Assembly (NCBI GenBank): GCA_951406725.2
Contig: OX597817.1
Span: forward strand, 110,670,001 to 110,734,000
Length of the DNA: 64,000 bases
Direction: 5' to 3'
From: Octopus vulgaris
Taxonomy: Eukaryota
In this document: positions 27,575 through 39,855 of the stretch, in pieces
Numbering within the stretch: position 1 is the first letter of the stretch
Layout: every line of letters starts with the position of its first letter
Notes under the pieces: generated by a model
Seen by the model: only the letters and a program-made list of their open reading frames with translations
Told to the model about the DNA's origin: nothing
Database searches by the model: none
Program-made: the position numbers and the translations under genes

Positions 27575-29176
27575 GAATTTGTGAAAAATTTTGATTGTTG
27601 TGTGCTGCTTTGCAGCGGTTTTTCTGGTTGAGCTTTCTCTCTATCGAGAGATAGTGATGGTGACGAGTACAATGTTTTATTCAGGTTTTAGTGGTTCTGA
27701 ATTGTCCTCTTCGGAGGAGGAATTGGTAAGAACTATGAACAAGATGGATAATTGTTTGGAAAAAAGGAGCTTTGTAGAGATGACGGAGATAAAAAGAAAA
27801 GAAATTAATATGGCAAACGTTAAAGAACATCAAAAGATGGCAAGTAGGGTGGGCGGTGACATGAAGCTGTCACCACCACAGAAGGTCATAGAAGACATGG
27901 CAAAGAAAACCATTGTTTACAAAGTATATGCGGTAGAAGTAAAAAAGAAAGAACAAATGGTGGCGGAGATTATCGAAAAAGTGTTGAGCGTGGTATACAA
28001 GGATATTGTAATCATGTCTAGAGGAAACAAATTTGGGACAGTAGTTGTCCAATACAGGATAGAAGAAATAGCAAGGAGGCAGGCAGGAAATACAATTAAG
28101 GGGAATAAAGTAGTATTGCTACCTACGTACCTAGGAAGGAGGACGTTTATGATAAAAGTTGAGGAAATCCCATCAGATATAGACGTAGCATGGGTCATGG
28201 CGGCTGTCCTTTATGGAAACATGGAGAAGGTGGCCGTCTCACAAGCCTCAGAAACTGAGGAAGCAAGATGGAAAGGGAAGAAATTCGAAATCATGGTGCA
28301 GGCAGACATGGAAACATTGGAAAGGTTAGCCAAAACAGCGACCATGGGAGAAGTGATTCTGAGAATATGAGTGGAGGGCAGGATACCTTGGTGCTTTAAA
28401 TGTCGCCAAAAAGGCCACATTAGAGCACACTGCCCTCTACAGAAACAAAGTATGGAAAGGTTAGAGAAGAACTCTGAAGAGGAACAAGAGATGCAAATGT
28501 AGGTAAAAGAGAGAAAGGAAGTATGGACATTGGTAGAGGGAAGACGAAAGAAAAGGAAGAAGGGTCATTACAAAGTGGAACTTGAAGCCATCCTCACCCC
28601 ACCCACACCTGCTGAGACCCATCTTCTCCCCACAGACACGAAACCCACCCATTCCCTTCCTTTACAAAATAAAAAGAAAAAAGGAGAGAAACAGACACAA
28701 AATACAAAAAAAATCCCCTCCCCAGTGAAACAGCATACGTATGTGTACTAACAGAAGATGCTGGTGAGGAACTGATCAATGAGGTCACTGGGTGGAGGAC
28801 AGCAAAATTTGTGGATATGGAAGAACAGGCAAGTGGAGTGGGTTGGGACTTGTGCATGTTGGTATTGCAATGTCAAAGGGATGCAATTTTAAAACATAAA
28901 AAGGGACATAAATGTTGGAAGATGGACATAAAGATACCAGCAAGAATACGGTACAAGGTACTAAAAGATAATTTTGGTCTGGACATGCTAAAAGTAACAG
29001 GACTCAAAAAGAAGTGATGCTGCTTGAGGTGGGGCTGGCAGTTCATCTTCATTTAATCATTTATCATGAATCATACATGTTATCATATGTTAATTTAATT
29101 TAATTTAATTTTTTTATTTTGTGTTATATGTCCCCCACATGTGTTTGTATTGTCCTCTGTGGGTAATACAAAATCA
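27575..29176 (+). mobile_element. ORF1-only L1/Tx1-like non-LTR retroelement with 20-bp TSD
   Basis: Flanked by TCTCATTCCTTCTC(A/G)CACTT at 27555-27574 and 29177-29196; encodes only a gag-like ORF1; T-rich 3' UTR ending TGTGGGTAATACAAAAT. Confidence 0.7.
27657..29017 (+). pseudogene. retrotransposon ORF1p (gag-like, CCHC zinc knuckle), slightly degenerate
   Basis: One frame from 27657 to ~28750 with in-frame stops at 28368 and 28500, then one frameshift; CFKCRQKGHIRAHC (CX2CX4HX4C) at 28392-28433 followed by WTLVEGRRKKRK. Confidence 0.8.
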
Positions 29177-29901
29177 TCTCATTCCTTCTCGCACTTACAC
29201 TGAGAAACACTGTGAAGCCAGCAGTCACAGCAAACCCTTGTCCCACTCTAACTCTGCATGCTTATCTCCAGAGGTAATGAACCTCATGTGTACGGAGCTA
29301 TAACAAACCACGCGCTGCCATAAAGATGGTCTCTGAGAGCAAACCACATGAACGAGAACTCTGTAACTAAACGGTTATTGAACTGTACTACACTTGTGAA
29401 CTTCTTCGCGTTCCAGATCCTTGAAGCTACAAAAATAATTATAATGGGAAAAGGAGAGACTCCACAGGTATCATAAACTTTCCATTCCATTGTAAATTCT
29501 CGGAAAATTTTGATGAAGGTTGGTTTAAATACTGAATAAGTATTATTTTGACCAAAATTTTTGTTGATGTACAAATGAGAACGGAGGATGGAAAAATCTG
29601 CAAAGTAATGAACATAACTAATTTGCTTACCAGGATTTTCAGCCACCAAAAAATATCGATATTCTATTTATGAAATGAAATCCGAAAGAGTCGTTGTTAG
29701 AAGTCTCGGATTTTGGACTTTACTAATTAAAAATACTTTTATTTGTGGAAGCTAAATTTAGGACACTATTTAAAATAGTATGAAGAGTATCTTTAGATAC
29801 TATTTTGTCTTTATATTTATAATAATCTGAAGCATCAATTTCAATGTAATTCACTTTGTAGGTCATTGACTGCTTGGAAAAAAAAAAGCTAGCAATGTTT
29901 T

Positions 29902-30273
29902 AAGGTAGGAGTGGCTGTGTGGTAAGTAGCTTGCTTAAGAACCACATGGTTCCGGGTTCAGTCCCACTGTGTGGCACCTTGGGCAAGTGTCTTCTACTAT
30001 AGCCCCAGGCCGACCAAAGCCTTGTGAGTGGATTGGATAGATGGAAACTGAAAGAAGCCCATCGTATATATATATATGTGTGTGTGTATGTTTGTGCATC
30101 TGTGTTTGTCCCCCCAACATTGTTTGACAACCGATTCTGGTGTGTTTACATCCCCGTAACTTAGTGATTCGGCAAAAGACACCGATAGAATAAGTCCTGG
30201 GGTCGATTTGCTCGACTAAATGTAGTGTTCCAGCATGGCCACAGTTAAATGACTGAAACAAGTAAAGAGTAAA
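29902..30273 (+). mobile_element. SINE family A
   Basis: Full-length copy. Confidence 0.85.
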
Positions 30274-31069
30274 CGTCAACTATGAAAATCTGAGTCCCCA
30301 TGTATTTTAGTTTTTTACTTTTTTTATTAATAATAACAATAATGATGATGATGATGATGGCGATGAAAAATACCAAACATCTCATTTATAACTTTTGTAT
30401 ATATTTTGCCCCAGGAGAATCAATCAAGTAAAAACAAATTAATTTCAAGGAGGAATAGTGATGGCTTATATGTCTTTAACCATCATCATACTATATAACA
30501 ATAGATAAATTTCATACTCGTTGAACTAATTCGTAAATATAGGACTGTATTGTTTAGCTCCAAGTCAGCCTTAATCGAGGAAACCCGATGGTCAATGGCA
30601 TTCAAGACAGTCTTTTTTTTTTTTTTCAGGAACAGTGTATCTCAAAGAACATTACCCAATGTTTTAAGCTAGCAATGTTTTAAGGTTGGGGGAGGTCTGG
30701 TTACTATGTTAGCTCATCCAACGACTATGTAGAAGCTCCCTTGTTGGCTCCGTCTACTCTTATATTCTATACCACGAGTTGCTCCTGACCTTTGTCAAAT
30801 ATTACAATAAAAGAAATAATGTGTTGTTTCGATGTAGGTTTTGTGGTTCTGAGTATTTTTATATTGCAATAAAATTACATTTCTATTCATCTATGTTATC
30901 GCTCACCCTGTGGAAAGAACAACCATGTCTCCCTCAAATCACATCCAAAACATATTGGATGATGATCCTTCAAATTATAACCGCAAACTAAAAAGAAAGT
31001 ACAGACTAGAATTAGTGAGAGTATTTTACACATGCAATTTTGAAACTATAATATTTTTTCTTCTTGCTC

Positions 31070-31240
31070 TTGCTTGATGGGGCTGGGGGTCATCCCAAGT
31101 TAGTGATCCCAGACACATCATCATGTGTAGAGTCGACCAGGTCCACCAGTGCTCTCTCCATTGCCGATGGTTCCGTGCCAACCTATCTGCATCCTCCAAG
31201 ATGATGTCGAGCTTCTGGAGATCTTCCCCAATCACATCCA
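31070..31240 (-). mobile_element. RTE-like LINE 3' end fragment
   Basis: Minus strand LDVIGEDLQKLDIILEDADRLARNHRQWR; homologous to 14250-14460. Confidence 0.65.
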
Positions 31241-31589
31241 GCTATCATTTATTCAAGACTCTTTTGTACATTCAACCAGAACCAGATCACCAAATAAAGC
31301 TTTAACCTTGGGTAGTACTAAAAAAAGATCTTTAGGACATGCTAAGTCTAGTGCAAAGTCGTATCAAATGATTATTGCTGTCGTGGGACCCATTGATGTT
31401 CAGTAGGAAGCTTGGCAAATTTAAACAATCTGCCCACAGTAAAATCTAAAACATAGAGAAAGTTTTCTTTCCTGTGGCAACTCGATAATCCACCCCAACG
31501 CCTACCTCAAATTGCTGTTTCTCAAAAGTGTAAAAGAACGGTAGCATGCTGAGCTATTATTAACTGACAGTCTGTTATCAATACCCGCT

Positions 31590-32560
31590 CTGTCTCAGGT
31601 GAGTAACTCAGGCCGATGCTACTGGGGTTTGGCACCTGTGAAGGAGCAGCCCTTGCTACTAGACAGTTCTACAACGAATGTCCTTCTGAGCCAACACCAA
31701 GTGATTCCAGGTACCTCATTGTCAAGCATAACATGAAAGATGCCTTCAACTGTCTGCACTGCAGTCACTTGCTCAAGACCTGCCTCAGTTGTGCCCCCTC
31801 CCCACCGCCTATCCGCTAGCTTACTGGTCTCTAAACATGCTCCTTGCTGTGAATTAGGCCATACTATCTTCGACTGGCATTCAACAGGGTGATCCATTGG
31901 ACCCCGCTCCTCTTCAGTCTCGGGGTAGAGAACATTGCTCGGAGAATCATGGCTCTTTTCGACGTATGGTACCCGAATGATGCAGTAGTTGACATCCAAA
32001 CAAAGTGTCTGCTACGATCTCTGATCAGTGGTTCCCATTCTGGTGAGGATTGGCCTTGAGATTAACTCGTCCAAGCTGGAAGTTGTGAACATCAGTTACA
32101 ATGCTGAGGGCTTTGTGGCCTTCATCTCAGATATACGATCATTACTTCACCAGGTGCATATTGCCTCAAAAGACAACACCCTCCTCTCCTCTTTGTGGAT
32201 GTCCGGCCGCCCCCAAGACAAATGGGATGCTATCTAGGGCAGCATGATCTCTGATGAACAGGTGCACCAACTTGACCTGCACCATCTGGCATGTTTCTGC
32301 TTGGGCTCCTAACCCCACAGTAGTGCATGGCTCAGCACAATGCCATCCTTCTCGATTGGCACTCAGCTTGATAGCGACTGTCTGTGCATTGATGTTTCCT
32401 CGAGACTTGGCTTCCATATCTGTGAGCCCCATAAATGCTGCTGCAGAACCATTGTAGATTCTTTCTGCCATTATATGCTGGCTGACTTCCACGCCATGCT
32501 GCTCTCAATGAGATCATAGAGCATGGCCTGGGCACCATAGGTTTCCCTTCCCAGCTCGAG
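31590..32560 (+). pseudogene. degenerate reverse transcriptase of a CRE-like (early-branching, REL-type) non-LTR element
   Basis: Fragments across frames: LRPML.GFGTCEGA, NMKDAFNCL, IQQGDPLDP..F, VWYPND (YxDD position), GLEINSSKLEV, RLGFHICEPHKCCC, RHAALNEII. Confidence 0.65.
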
Positions 32561-34097
32561 CCATTTAAAAATATCCATTTTTTGAAAGGTATGAAGAAAC
32601 AAAGCCAGCTCTTGTGAACTTTCTGCACCTCACTCTTGGAAAAATAATTTCACGTTGAATTCCGATGTCTTTGTAATCTTCACCATCTGAAGCGTATTTG
32701 TGGAAAATCTTATTTAAGATATCCATTTGTTTGAAAGTTATGAAGAAACAAAGTTGGGTGGGGGCACACTTGTTTCGCTATGCTTATATATACCGCTCTT
32801 CTTCTTCCCCATCTCTGTCTCAAAATCAAGTGTACATCGTGTTGAGGCAGACTTGTTTATTCTACTTTTACTATTTCAACCATCTTCACTTTCCCATAGT
32901 AAGCAAAACTAATGTCTTGTGTTGTTCAGATTGTTGCAAATAGTAATATTGATATTTAAGAAAACATATTTTCTTATAGAAATAATGTTGTGTAAGGGAA
33001 CATGCATATACAAATATGAAATAGACATTGTAATGCAAATTGATACAAGATGTGACGTTGTTTTGATAACAAACCCTTGTGTAAAAAAAAATGGCGGACC
33101 TAACTTATTAAATAAACTCTTCCTTCTTTGGCAGTTTCTGCCAACATGTTAGCATCCATTGTGGTGCTCACTAACTTGTTTGTTGCCTATGTTGAAGCCT
33201 AATTTTCTTTTTAACTGGTTTACTGGGCCAGATCCTGAATTATACAGTTTTTACATTGATGATTGCATTGGACCCACCTCTCTCGTCAGAGAATAGCTCA
33301 CACTTTTCATATCCTACATTAAAAAAGTCTAATCTGCATTTGAATTCACTTCAACCATCTCCAATGATATTCTCATCACAATTTCCTATTTCTATTTTTA
33401 GATGTTTACGTAAGGTTGTTATTTTAAAGCAATTTTAAGAATAATAACATTTACAAGGAAAGACTCACTATTAAAATTAGAATCAAATTTATTATAAAAT
33501 TTGTTTTAATTAGGACTTTTGACTAAGGCAGTGAGCTAGCAGACTTGTTAGCACACCAGGCAAACAGCTTAGCGACATTTCCTCTGTCTGCATGTTTTGA
33601 GTTCAAGTTCCACCAAGGTTGACTTCGCCTTTCATTCTTTCAGATGAAACCAGTTAGGACTTCAGTTTTCACCTGATGTCTTATTCAATCAATTTGGCCT
33701 GTATTGAATATATATAGTCTCAGAATCAGCTGTGTTGCACTTTAAGAAGGTCATAAGGGACCATTCTCAGTATCACTTTCCTTGAAGACAACTATTACCA
33801 TTTTGTCCCAAAGAAAGTCTGCTCGTCGTGGTTCTGGTAAAAGATGGGCATGATAATGATGACAGTTTGTGCAAACACTGCACATACTAAGCTGTCACAC
33901 GTGTAGTTTTTGCAACTAGTGAACTTGTTTACTGTTCTATTTTCATTATTTCAACTGTCTTCTCTCTATTCCCCTCCTTTCTGGGACTACTACATTTGTC
34001 TCCTTCATTCCTCTAGAAATGTTTTCATCTCAATTTTCTAGAAATAGCAACTTAATGTCATCCAAATTACACCATCATTTTAGAAAAGAGATGTACA

Positions 34098-34682
34098 CAG
34101 GCGTAGCTGTGTGGTATGAAGTTTACTTCCCAACTATATGTTCTGGGTTCAGTCCTAATGCGTGGCACTTTGGGCAAGTGTCTTCTGCTATAGCTTCGGG
34201 TTGATCAAAGCCTTATGTGTGGATTTGGTAAACTGACAGAAGCCCGTCATACACACACGAGGGGGTGCTGAAAAGTTCCTGGTTTTAAAGGTGTCACGAA
34301 AGACCTGGTTGGAGGCCCAACCTTCTGAGTTCTTTTACAGGGCTTAGAAAAACTGAAGGACTGCTGCAATAAGTGTGAATCTGCGAGGAGAGTATGTTGA
34401 TTAAAATCATAATTAACTGATCCTCCTGTATTTTCTTTTATCCAAAGCCAGGAACTTTTCAGCACCCCTTTGTATATATATATATGTGTGTGTGTGTTTG
34501 TCACCCTCTACCATTTGATGACCGGTTCTGATGTGTTTACTTCTCTGTAACTTAGCGGTTCGGCAAAAGAGACAGCTTGAAAGTACCAGGTTTGAAAAAA
34601 AAAATTCCTAGGGTTGATTAGTTCCAACTAAAATTTCCAAGGCGGTGCCCCAGCATGGCCACAGTCTGATTGACTGAAACAA
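34098..34682 (+). mobile_element. SINE family A interrupted by a mariner-type MITE
   Basis: Head 34098-34250 and tail 34475-34682 flank the MITE. Confidence 0.75.
34257..34474. mobile_element. Tc1/mariner-type MITE
   Basis: ACGAGGGGGTGCTGAAAAGTTCCTGG ... CCAGGAACTTTTCAGCACCCCTTTGTA, inserted in the SINE's TA-rich centre. Confidence 0.8.
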
Positions 34683-36174
34683 TTTTTTAAAAATTCTATA
34701 ATGTAGTCCTAACAACTCCTAAAAGACAATTGGAATGCTTTTGATCTGGATCAGAGTCGCCCAGGGTTTAAACAACAGCTGGATATTAAACAAAGAATAG
34801 TAATGAAACATTTTCTTTTCTTCGATGTTTCAGTATAGTCTTAGCTGTGAAAGCTAAAACAGACCAATGAATCTCATCACAGTCCTCGTCAGAACTTCAA
34901 AGTGCCTTTAATGACATCAGTCCTAGCTTTCATTATCGACTGCTGCTAGTTGTGATCTGTTATATAGGAAGGAATTCATTCAAGACTTTAAGCAAATTAA
35001 TCACCATGATTAACAATTATATAGCTCAGACAAACGTGTGTGTGTGTGTGTGAAGAGAGGAAGGGAGAAAGAGATGGGTCTCCATCGGTGTCGACTGAGG
35101 ATTTTGTTATCCGATCAACCGATTTACCTGCTCAATTAAATTAGCGTGTAAGTTGTTGAGTATTCATGTACCCTTGACGTCATTTTCCAACAGAGTCAGC
35201 GTGACATTGTTTCAAGGCTATCTATGCAGTTGAAATACAAGTGCAATCCATTCTACGGATTTCTATACAGTTTCCATTTATCCAATTCCACTCACACGGT
35301 ATTTGGTGGACCCGAAGCTACAGAAAATGACATTTGCGGTAGGGTTGTAGAACAAAGCATTTGGCCACATCACACGTGTGTGTGTGTGTGTGAAATTTAT
35401 ACTTCTTTGGCAATCAATAATTAAAAGATTCAACATCCAAGGAAGTTACATAAAAATAACAATACAATGAATCAAAAGTTGCATTCTAAGCAAAAATACG
35501 ATCTTAGCTTTTGGTCTTCTCTGAATTATAACAGCACATAATGCCAAAAATCTGAAGAATAATGGCAAGTACAAAATGACTGGCTCTATTTAACTTTATG
35601 CATAAAAAATGATTTTCTCTGAATTTATCTGACAAATTCGGCGGAAGAATCCGTGGGAAAGCAAATAGTTTTTTCTATGATATGAAGGAAAATTGTTTTA
35701 TTAAAAACAGAAACCCAGAATTGTTTGCATAATACTGAATATAGAATTAGCTATTTATCATATTTTATTCTTTGTTATATACTTTCTATTTGCATCTTTG
35801 TTTATTATTTGAAAGCACCCTCTTAAAATTCCACATGTTCACAATCATACATGCTAATCATTCTGTGGTAATTGCTCATTGTTTTGCTATCTTTACAAGA
35901 CATAACAGCAGGCTTGTAAACCTCGCATCACCCAGAAATTTCCAACATTCGCTATCCACCCATGTTACAAATTCTTCTACACTTACGATATTTATCATGT
36001 TCCACTATTCTCTTTGTGAAGTTCCACCAGCAGTTCCTTGATTCGAACTGTCTTTAGGTTCTTTCCGAGTTTGTAAAATAGGCTCAGGACCAAGACTACC
36101 ATTCTGTCATAAAAAGCAAGGCAAGTTACGAAAAATTAAAATTCTGTCGCCATAAAAAACATTAACATCTAGGC

Positions 36175-36630
36175 TATGGGTCACCAAACTACGGCCCGCC
36201 GCCGCACTGTACCTTTTGTGTTAGTACCTACAATAAGAGTTCGTTTGTCTCTTGTTTGGCATCAGCGTTTGGGACAACTTATGTCTGTGAGCAAACATTT
36301 TCAGAAATGAAGGTATGTGAAGTCAGCACATCGAACGAGGTTGACTGACGAACATTTGAAAGTAATTCTCTTGGTTGGATGCAGCAATTCCAAAGCAAAA
36401 ATTGATATTTCAAAGCTAAACACCTATTTCACAAATCTCTGCTTAGCTTGTGAGATTTCGATATGTACACACTGGGTGTGATATAACTATGTTCTTTCTC
36501 ACGTCGCCTTCTTTGATAACTTTTTAGTAAATAAATGTGTTGGTTGTCTTTATATTTTGTGTATTTACTATATTATATTGAACAAAATGGTTATGTGGCC
36601 CGCCGAGAAAAAAGTCTGGTGACCTCCCTG
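36175..36630 (+). mobile_element. internally deleted hAT (Charlie/Buster) element retaining the C-terminal dimerisation-domain sequence
   Basis: TIRs TATGGGTCACCAAACTACGGCCCG / GGTGACCTCCCTG; 8-bp TSD ATCTAGGC/ATCTAAGC (Charlie-type target); interior reads ASAFGTTYVCEQTFSEMK/VKSAHRTRLTDEHL. Confidence 0.85.
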
Positions 36631-37458
36631 ATCTAAGCGAACATGATTAGGCCAATCAGATCAGTGGTGTTTAGCAAAGTGAACTGGAATCTTCCCGCCA
36701 AACAACCTAAATAAACATTCTTGAAACTCTATTTGGCGTTATAAAAACACCCCGACAGAACTGGTGCTATCCAGAAGCTATATAATTAAACGGTGTCATT
36801 CTTTCTACTTAATTTGTTCTCAATAACTATGAAATATCTTGGTATTACTATTCAGTAATATATGCAGTGAAACTTGTATTTTTCCATTTGATATATTTTT
36901 TGAATGCTGTTCTATTTACTCAACTGTTGTCTACATTTAAAAGCAAATGTTCCAGCTTAATAAAAATGTATGAGAATTAAAACCAATGTTCGTATAGTCA
37001 TTATGAACGTAACACAACGTAACAAATGTTATTAATACCAGTTTAACAACCCTAGTAATACACTAAACTGTTTTTGGCCTAAACATGGCTTGCTTTTCAA
37101 TGTATAGCCAATGTGTGTGTACTGCTAAATTCAAAACGTCGTAGATATGAGAGAGAATATTAGATGATACTCTACTAGAGTGTAACCATGATTAGCTTTT
37201 AAAATGCCTGCACCAAGCAAAGTTGATGTGAAATTCAATCCAGAGTGGACAAAGGAACAGAATTTTAATTCACATCTGTACTGGTGTAGCGCGAAAATAG
37301 TTTCCTGGGCGTTTTCACAAAACAGACTATGCATCAGGACAGAAAAGGTACCATATGTTCGTTAGTGTTAATCGTATAACTAATAAAGTTGTTCTAGTCC
37401 TTCGTCCTAGTGTGACAGTAATGGATGCGAGCAAACTTATAAGTTGATCTAAATAAAG

Positions 37459-38170
37459 GGATCTTTTCCTTTTGAACGGCACTTTGTAACATAATTTCTA
37501 GGTATCTAAAAAATTTAAAACTTCGTATACTGGTAGAATGTGTTTATAAAACATCATTTTCTCTTGGCTTTATTAAGAAAATTCTATAGGTTGTAAGATA
37601 TTTCGTCTTTAATTTCGAGCATTTCGGCAATTTTAACCAATCGCTTACGTCCATTTAGGTAAATAACATTCTGTGCATAATGAATATGTCCCTCCTTTAA
37701 GAAACAGATTGGGTTTATTTACATTTGTGAAGAAAAAAAGATACCCTTCCCCTAACTAACCCTAAATCTAAAATAGATTGAAATGCAATAGATCGATAGG
37801 GCCATAATTATGGGTGACATTTTCATTTGACACCGCTAGAAAAAAATCCCATGTTCCGGGATTTAGGGTTAGGGGTGGGGGAAGGGTATCTTTTTTCTTC
37901 ACAAATGTAAATAAACCCAATCTGTTTCTTAAAGGAGGGACATATTCATTATGCACAGAAAGTTATTTACCTAAATGGACGTAAGCGATTGGTTAAAATT
38001 GCTGAAATGCTCAAAATTAAAGATGAAATATCTTACAACATATAGAATTTTCTCAATAAAGCCAAGAAAAAATGATGTTTTATAAACACATTCTATCAGT
38101 ATACGAAGTTTAAAAGTGTTTAGTTAACTAGAAATTGTGTTGAAAAGTGCCGTTCAAAAGGAAAAGATCC
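37459..38170. mobile_element. GGATC-terminal foldback element with ~300-bp inverted arms
   Basis: GGATCTTTTCCTTTTGAACGGCAC ... GTGCCGTTCAAAAGGAAAAGATCC; arms 37459-37765 and 37862-38170. Confidence 0.85.
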
Positions 38171-38999
38171 CAAAAGTAGCTAAAAGAACTATAAAACACC
38201 TGTCGTAATTTATGCTAATATTTTTCCTAGTATTTTTGGGTGCCCCAGCTATGAGACTTAAGAAAGATATTACGTTTTTCAATACACATATTGAAATGAA
38301 GTTGTGTTCACTGCGAACATGTCAAAAAACATTCGCCTATCCCTTCTAATGTCAAATTGCTCGCATTTTGCCTCTGATGGAGGAGTATAATAGTGGCACT
38401 AGAGTTATAACCTCATCAATTAAACTCTTGCCGATTGGTATATTTTATTGCATTATCATTTTCTGATGGCAAACTTTCGAATCATTTTCCTACATAAACT
38501 TCAATAAAAGCAAATTCTTCAGTCTTGAAAGGAATTGTCAAACTCAAAATTGTCAGCTCTGTTTCAATGTCAACAACAGCATACAAAGAAAGGCCTTTAT
38601 ACTTTCTCAAATCGATTGTTCAAACTGCAGTATTTTAAAAGATGGCGCAGAAAATCTGCCTGGTCTCATAAACACAAGATGGAAGTTTGGCTTACTGGCA
38701 AGTAGCGGTAGTTCAAGAAATGGTTTCCCTAAAGTGCTCGATAAGGTATAAAAGTGCGGTAGATATACTTCACACAGATGTTAAAGACTCTTTGTCAAAT
38801 GCAAAATCATTGCTTATGTTTGATGATGTTTCTAGGTGGTTATGTCCATATTGCAATTTTCTATAGCAAAATAAAATGTTCATCTTCAATAAGTAATGAC
38901 TTATACAACCTTTTCCGCCGAGATTGACCTTACCTTTCACCCTTTCGAGGTTGATAAAATAAGTACCGGTTGATGTAATTGACTATCCACATCCACCAA

Positions 39000-39405
39000 T
39001 GTAACAGGGTCCTTCATCTCTGGAACCGGTTTGCTGTCTTACTTCAGATACCATCTGAAAAGCAAAATGGGGTTGGAGAGGAAAACCCTGCCACCAAGTG
39101 AATACGAGAAATGATGGAAGGATGTGATGAGAAAGGTGGGTGTTAGTAACCCAGCTTAATCATTGATGAAAGGAACAGTTGGTAGACCTTATAGGCTGCT
39201 GGGTTCGATCTTTTGAACTTTTATTCGTTTTCTTTCTTTTTTTTTTTTTTAAGTTCTAGTTAAAGGTAAAAATTAATCATTGCATAAAATATTTTTAAGT
39301 AAATTTTTAACTTAATGCTCATTCAAACTCATTTAACATTTTTGTATTTGTTTGTCTTGTAATGTCCTTGTCTATGTACGATCAGTTTAATCATAATAAA
39401 GATTT
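39000..39405 (+). mobile_element. 5'-truncated L1/Tx1-like LINE (ORF2 C-terminus plus 3' UTR)
   Basis: Reads GLLSYFRYHLKSKMGLERKTLPPSEYEK*W; T-rich UTR ending AATAAAGATT; ~16-bp TSD TATCC(A/C)CATCC(C)ACCAA at 38984-38999 and 39406-39422. Confidence 0.6.
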
Positions 39406-39449
39406 TATCCCCATCCCACCAAATTTCAGGCTTTGTGCCTAGCAGAAAG

Positions 39450-39855
39450 GGATCTTTTCGGTTTGAATGGCAGTTTTTTCTAGTGGTGTCATATGAAATT
39501 GTCACCCATAATTATGACCCTAGTATCAATCTATTGCATTTCAATCTGTTTTAGGGTTAGGAGTGGGGGAAGGGTATCTTTTTTTCTTCACAAATGTAAA
39601 TAAACCCAATCTGTTTCTTAAAGGAGGGACATATTCATATGGCACAGAATGTTTTTTACCTAAATGGGCGTCATTGATTGAAATTGCAGAAATTGAAGAG
39701 AAAAAACAACAAATATCTTACAAACTATAGAATTTTCTCAATAAAGCCAAGAGAAAAAGATGTTTTATAAACACATTCTACCAGTATACGAAGTTTAAAA
39801 TTTTTTAGTTACCTAGAAATTATTTTAAAAACTGTCGTTCAAACCGAAAAGATCC
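39450..39855. mobile_element. GGATC-family monomer with short TIRs and 8-bp TSD
   Basis: GCAGAAAG|GGATCTTTTCGGTTTGAATGGCAG ... CTGTCGTTCAAACCGAAAAGATCC|GCAGAAAG. Confidence 0.85.

Noticed and set aside
2826-30279. Recurrent short ORFs such as RLPNPLTRLWS / VEDTCPRCH
   Set aside because: Antisense translations of SINE family A copies, not a gene family.
38500-38720. Possible hAT C-terminal relic (SMSTTAYKERP.YFLK)
   Set aside because: Similarity too weak and no termini found.
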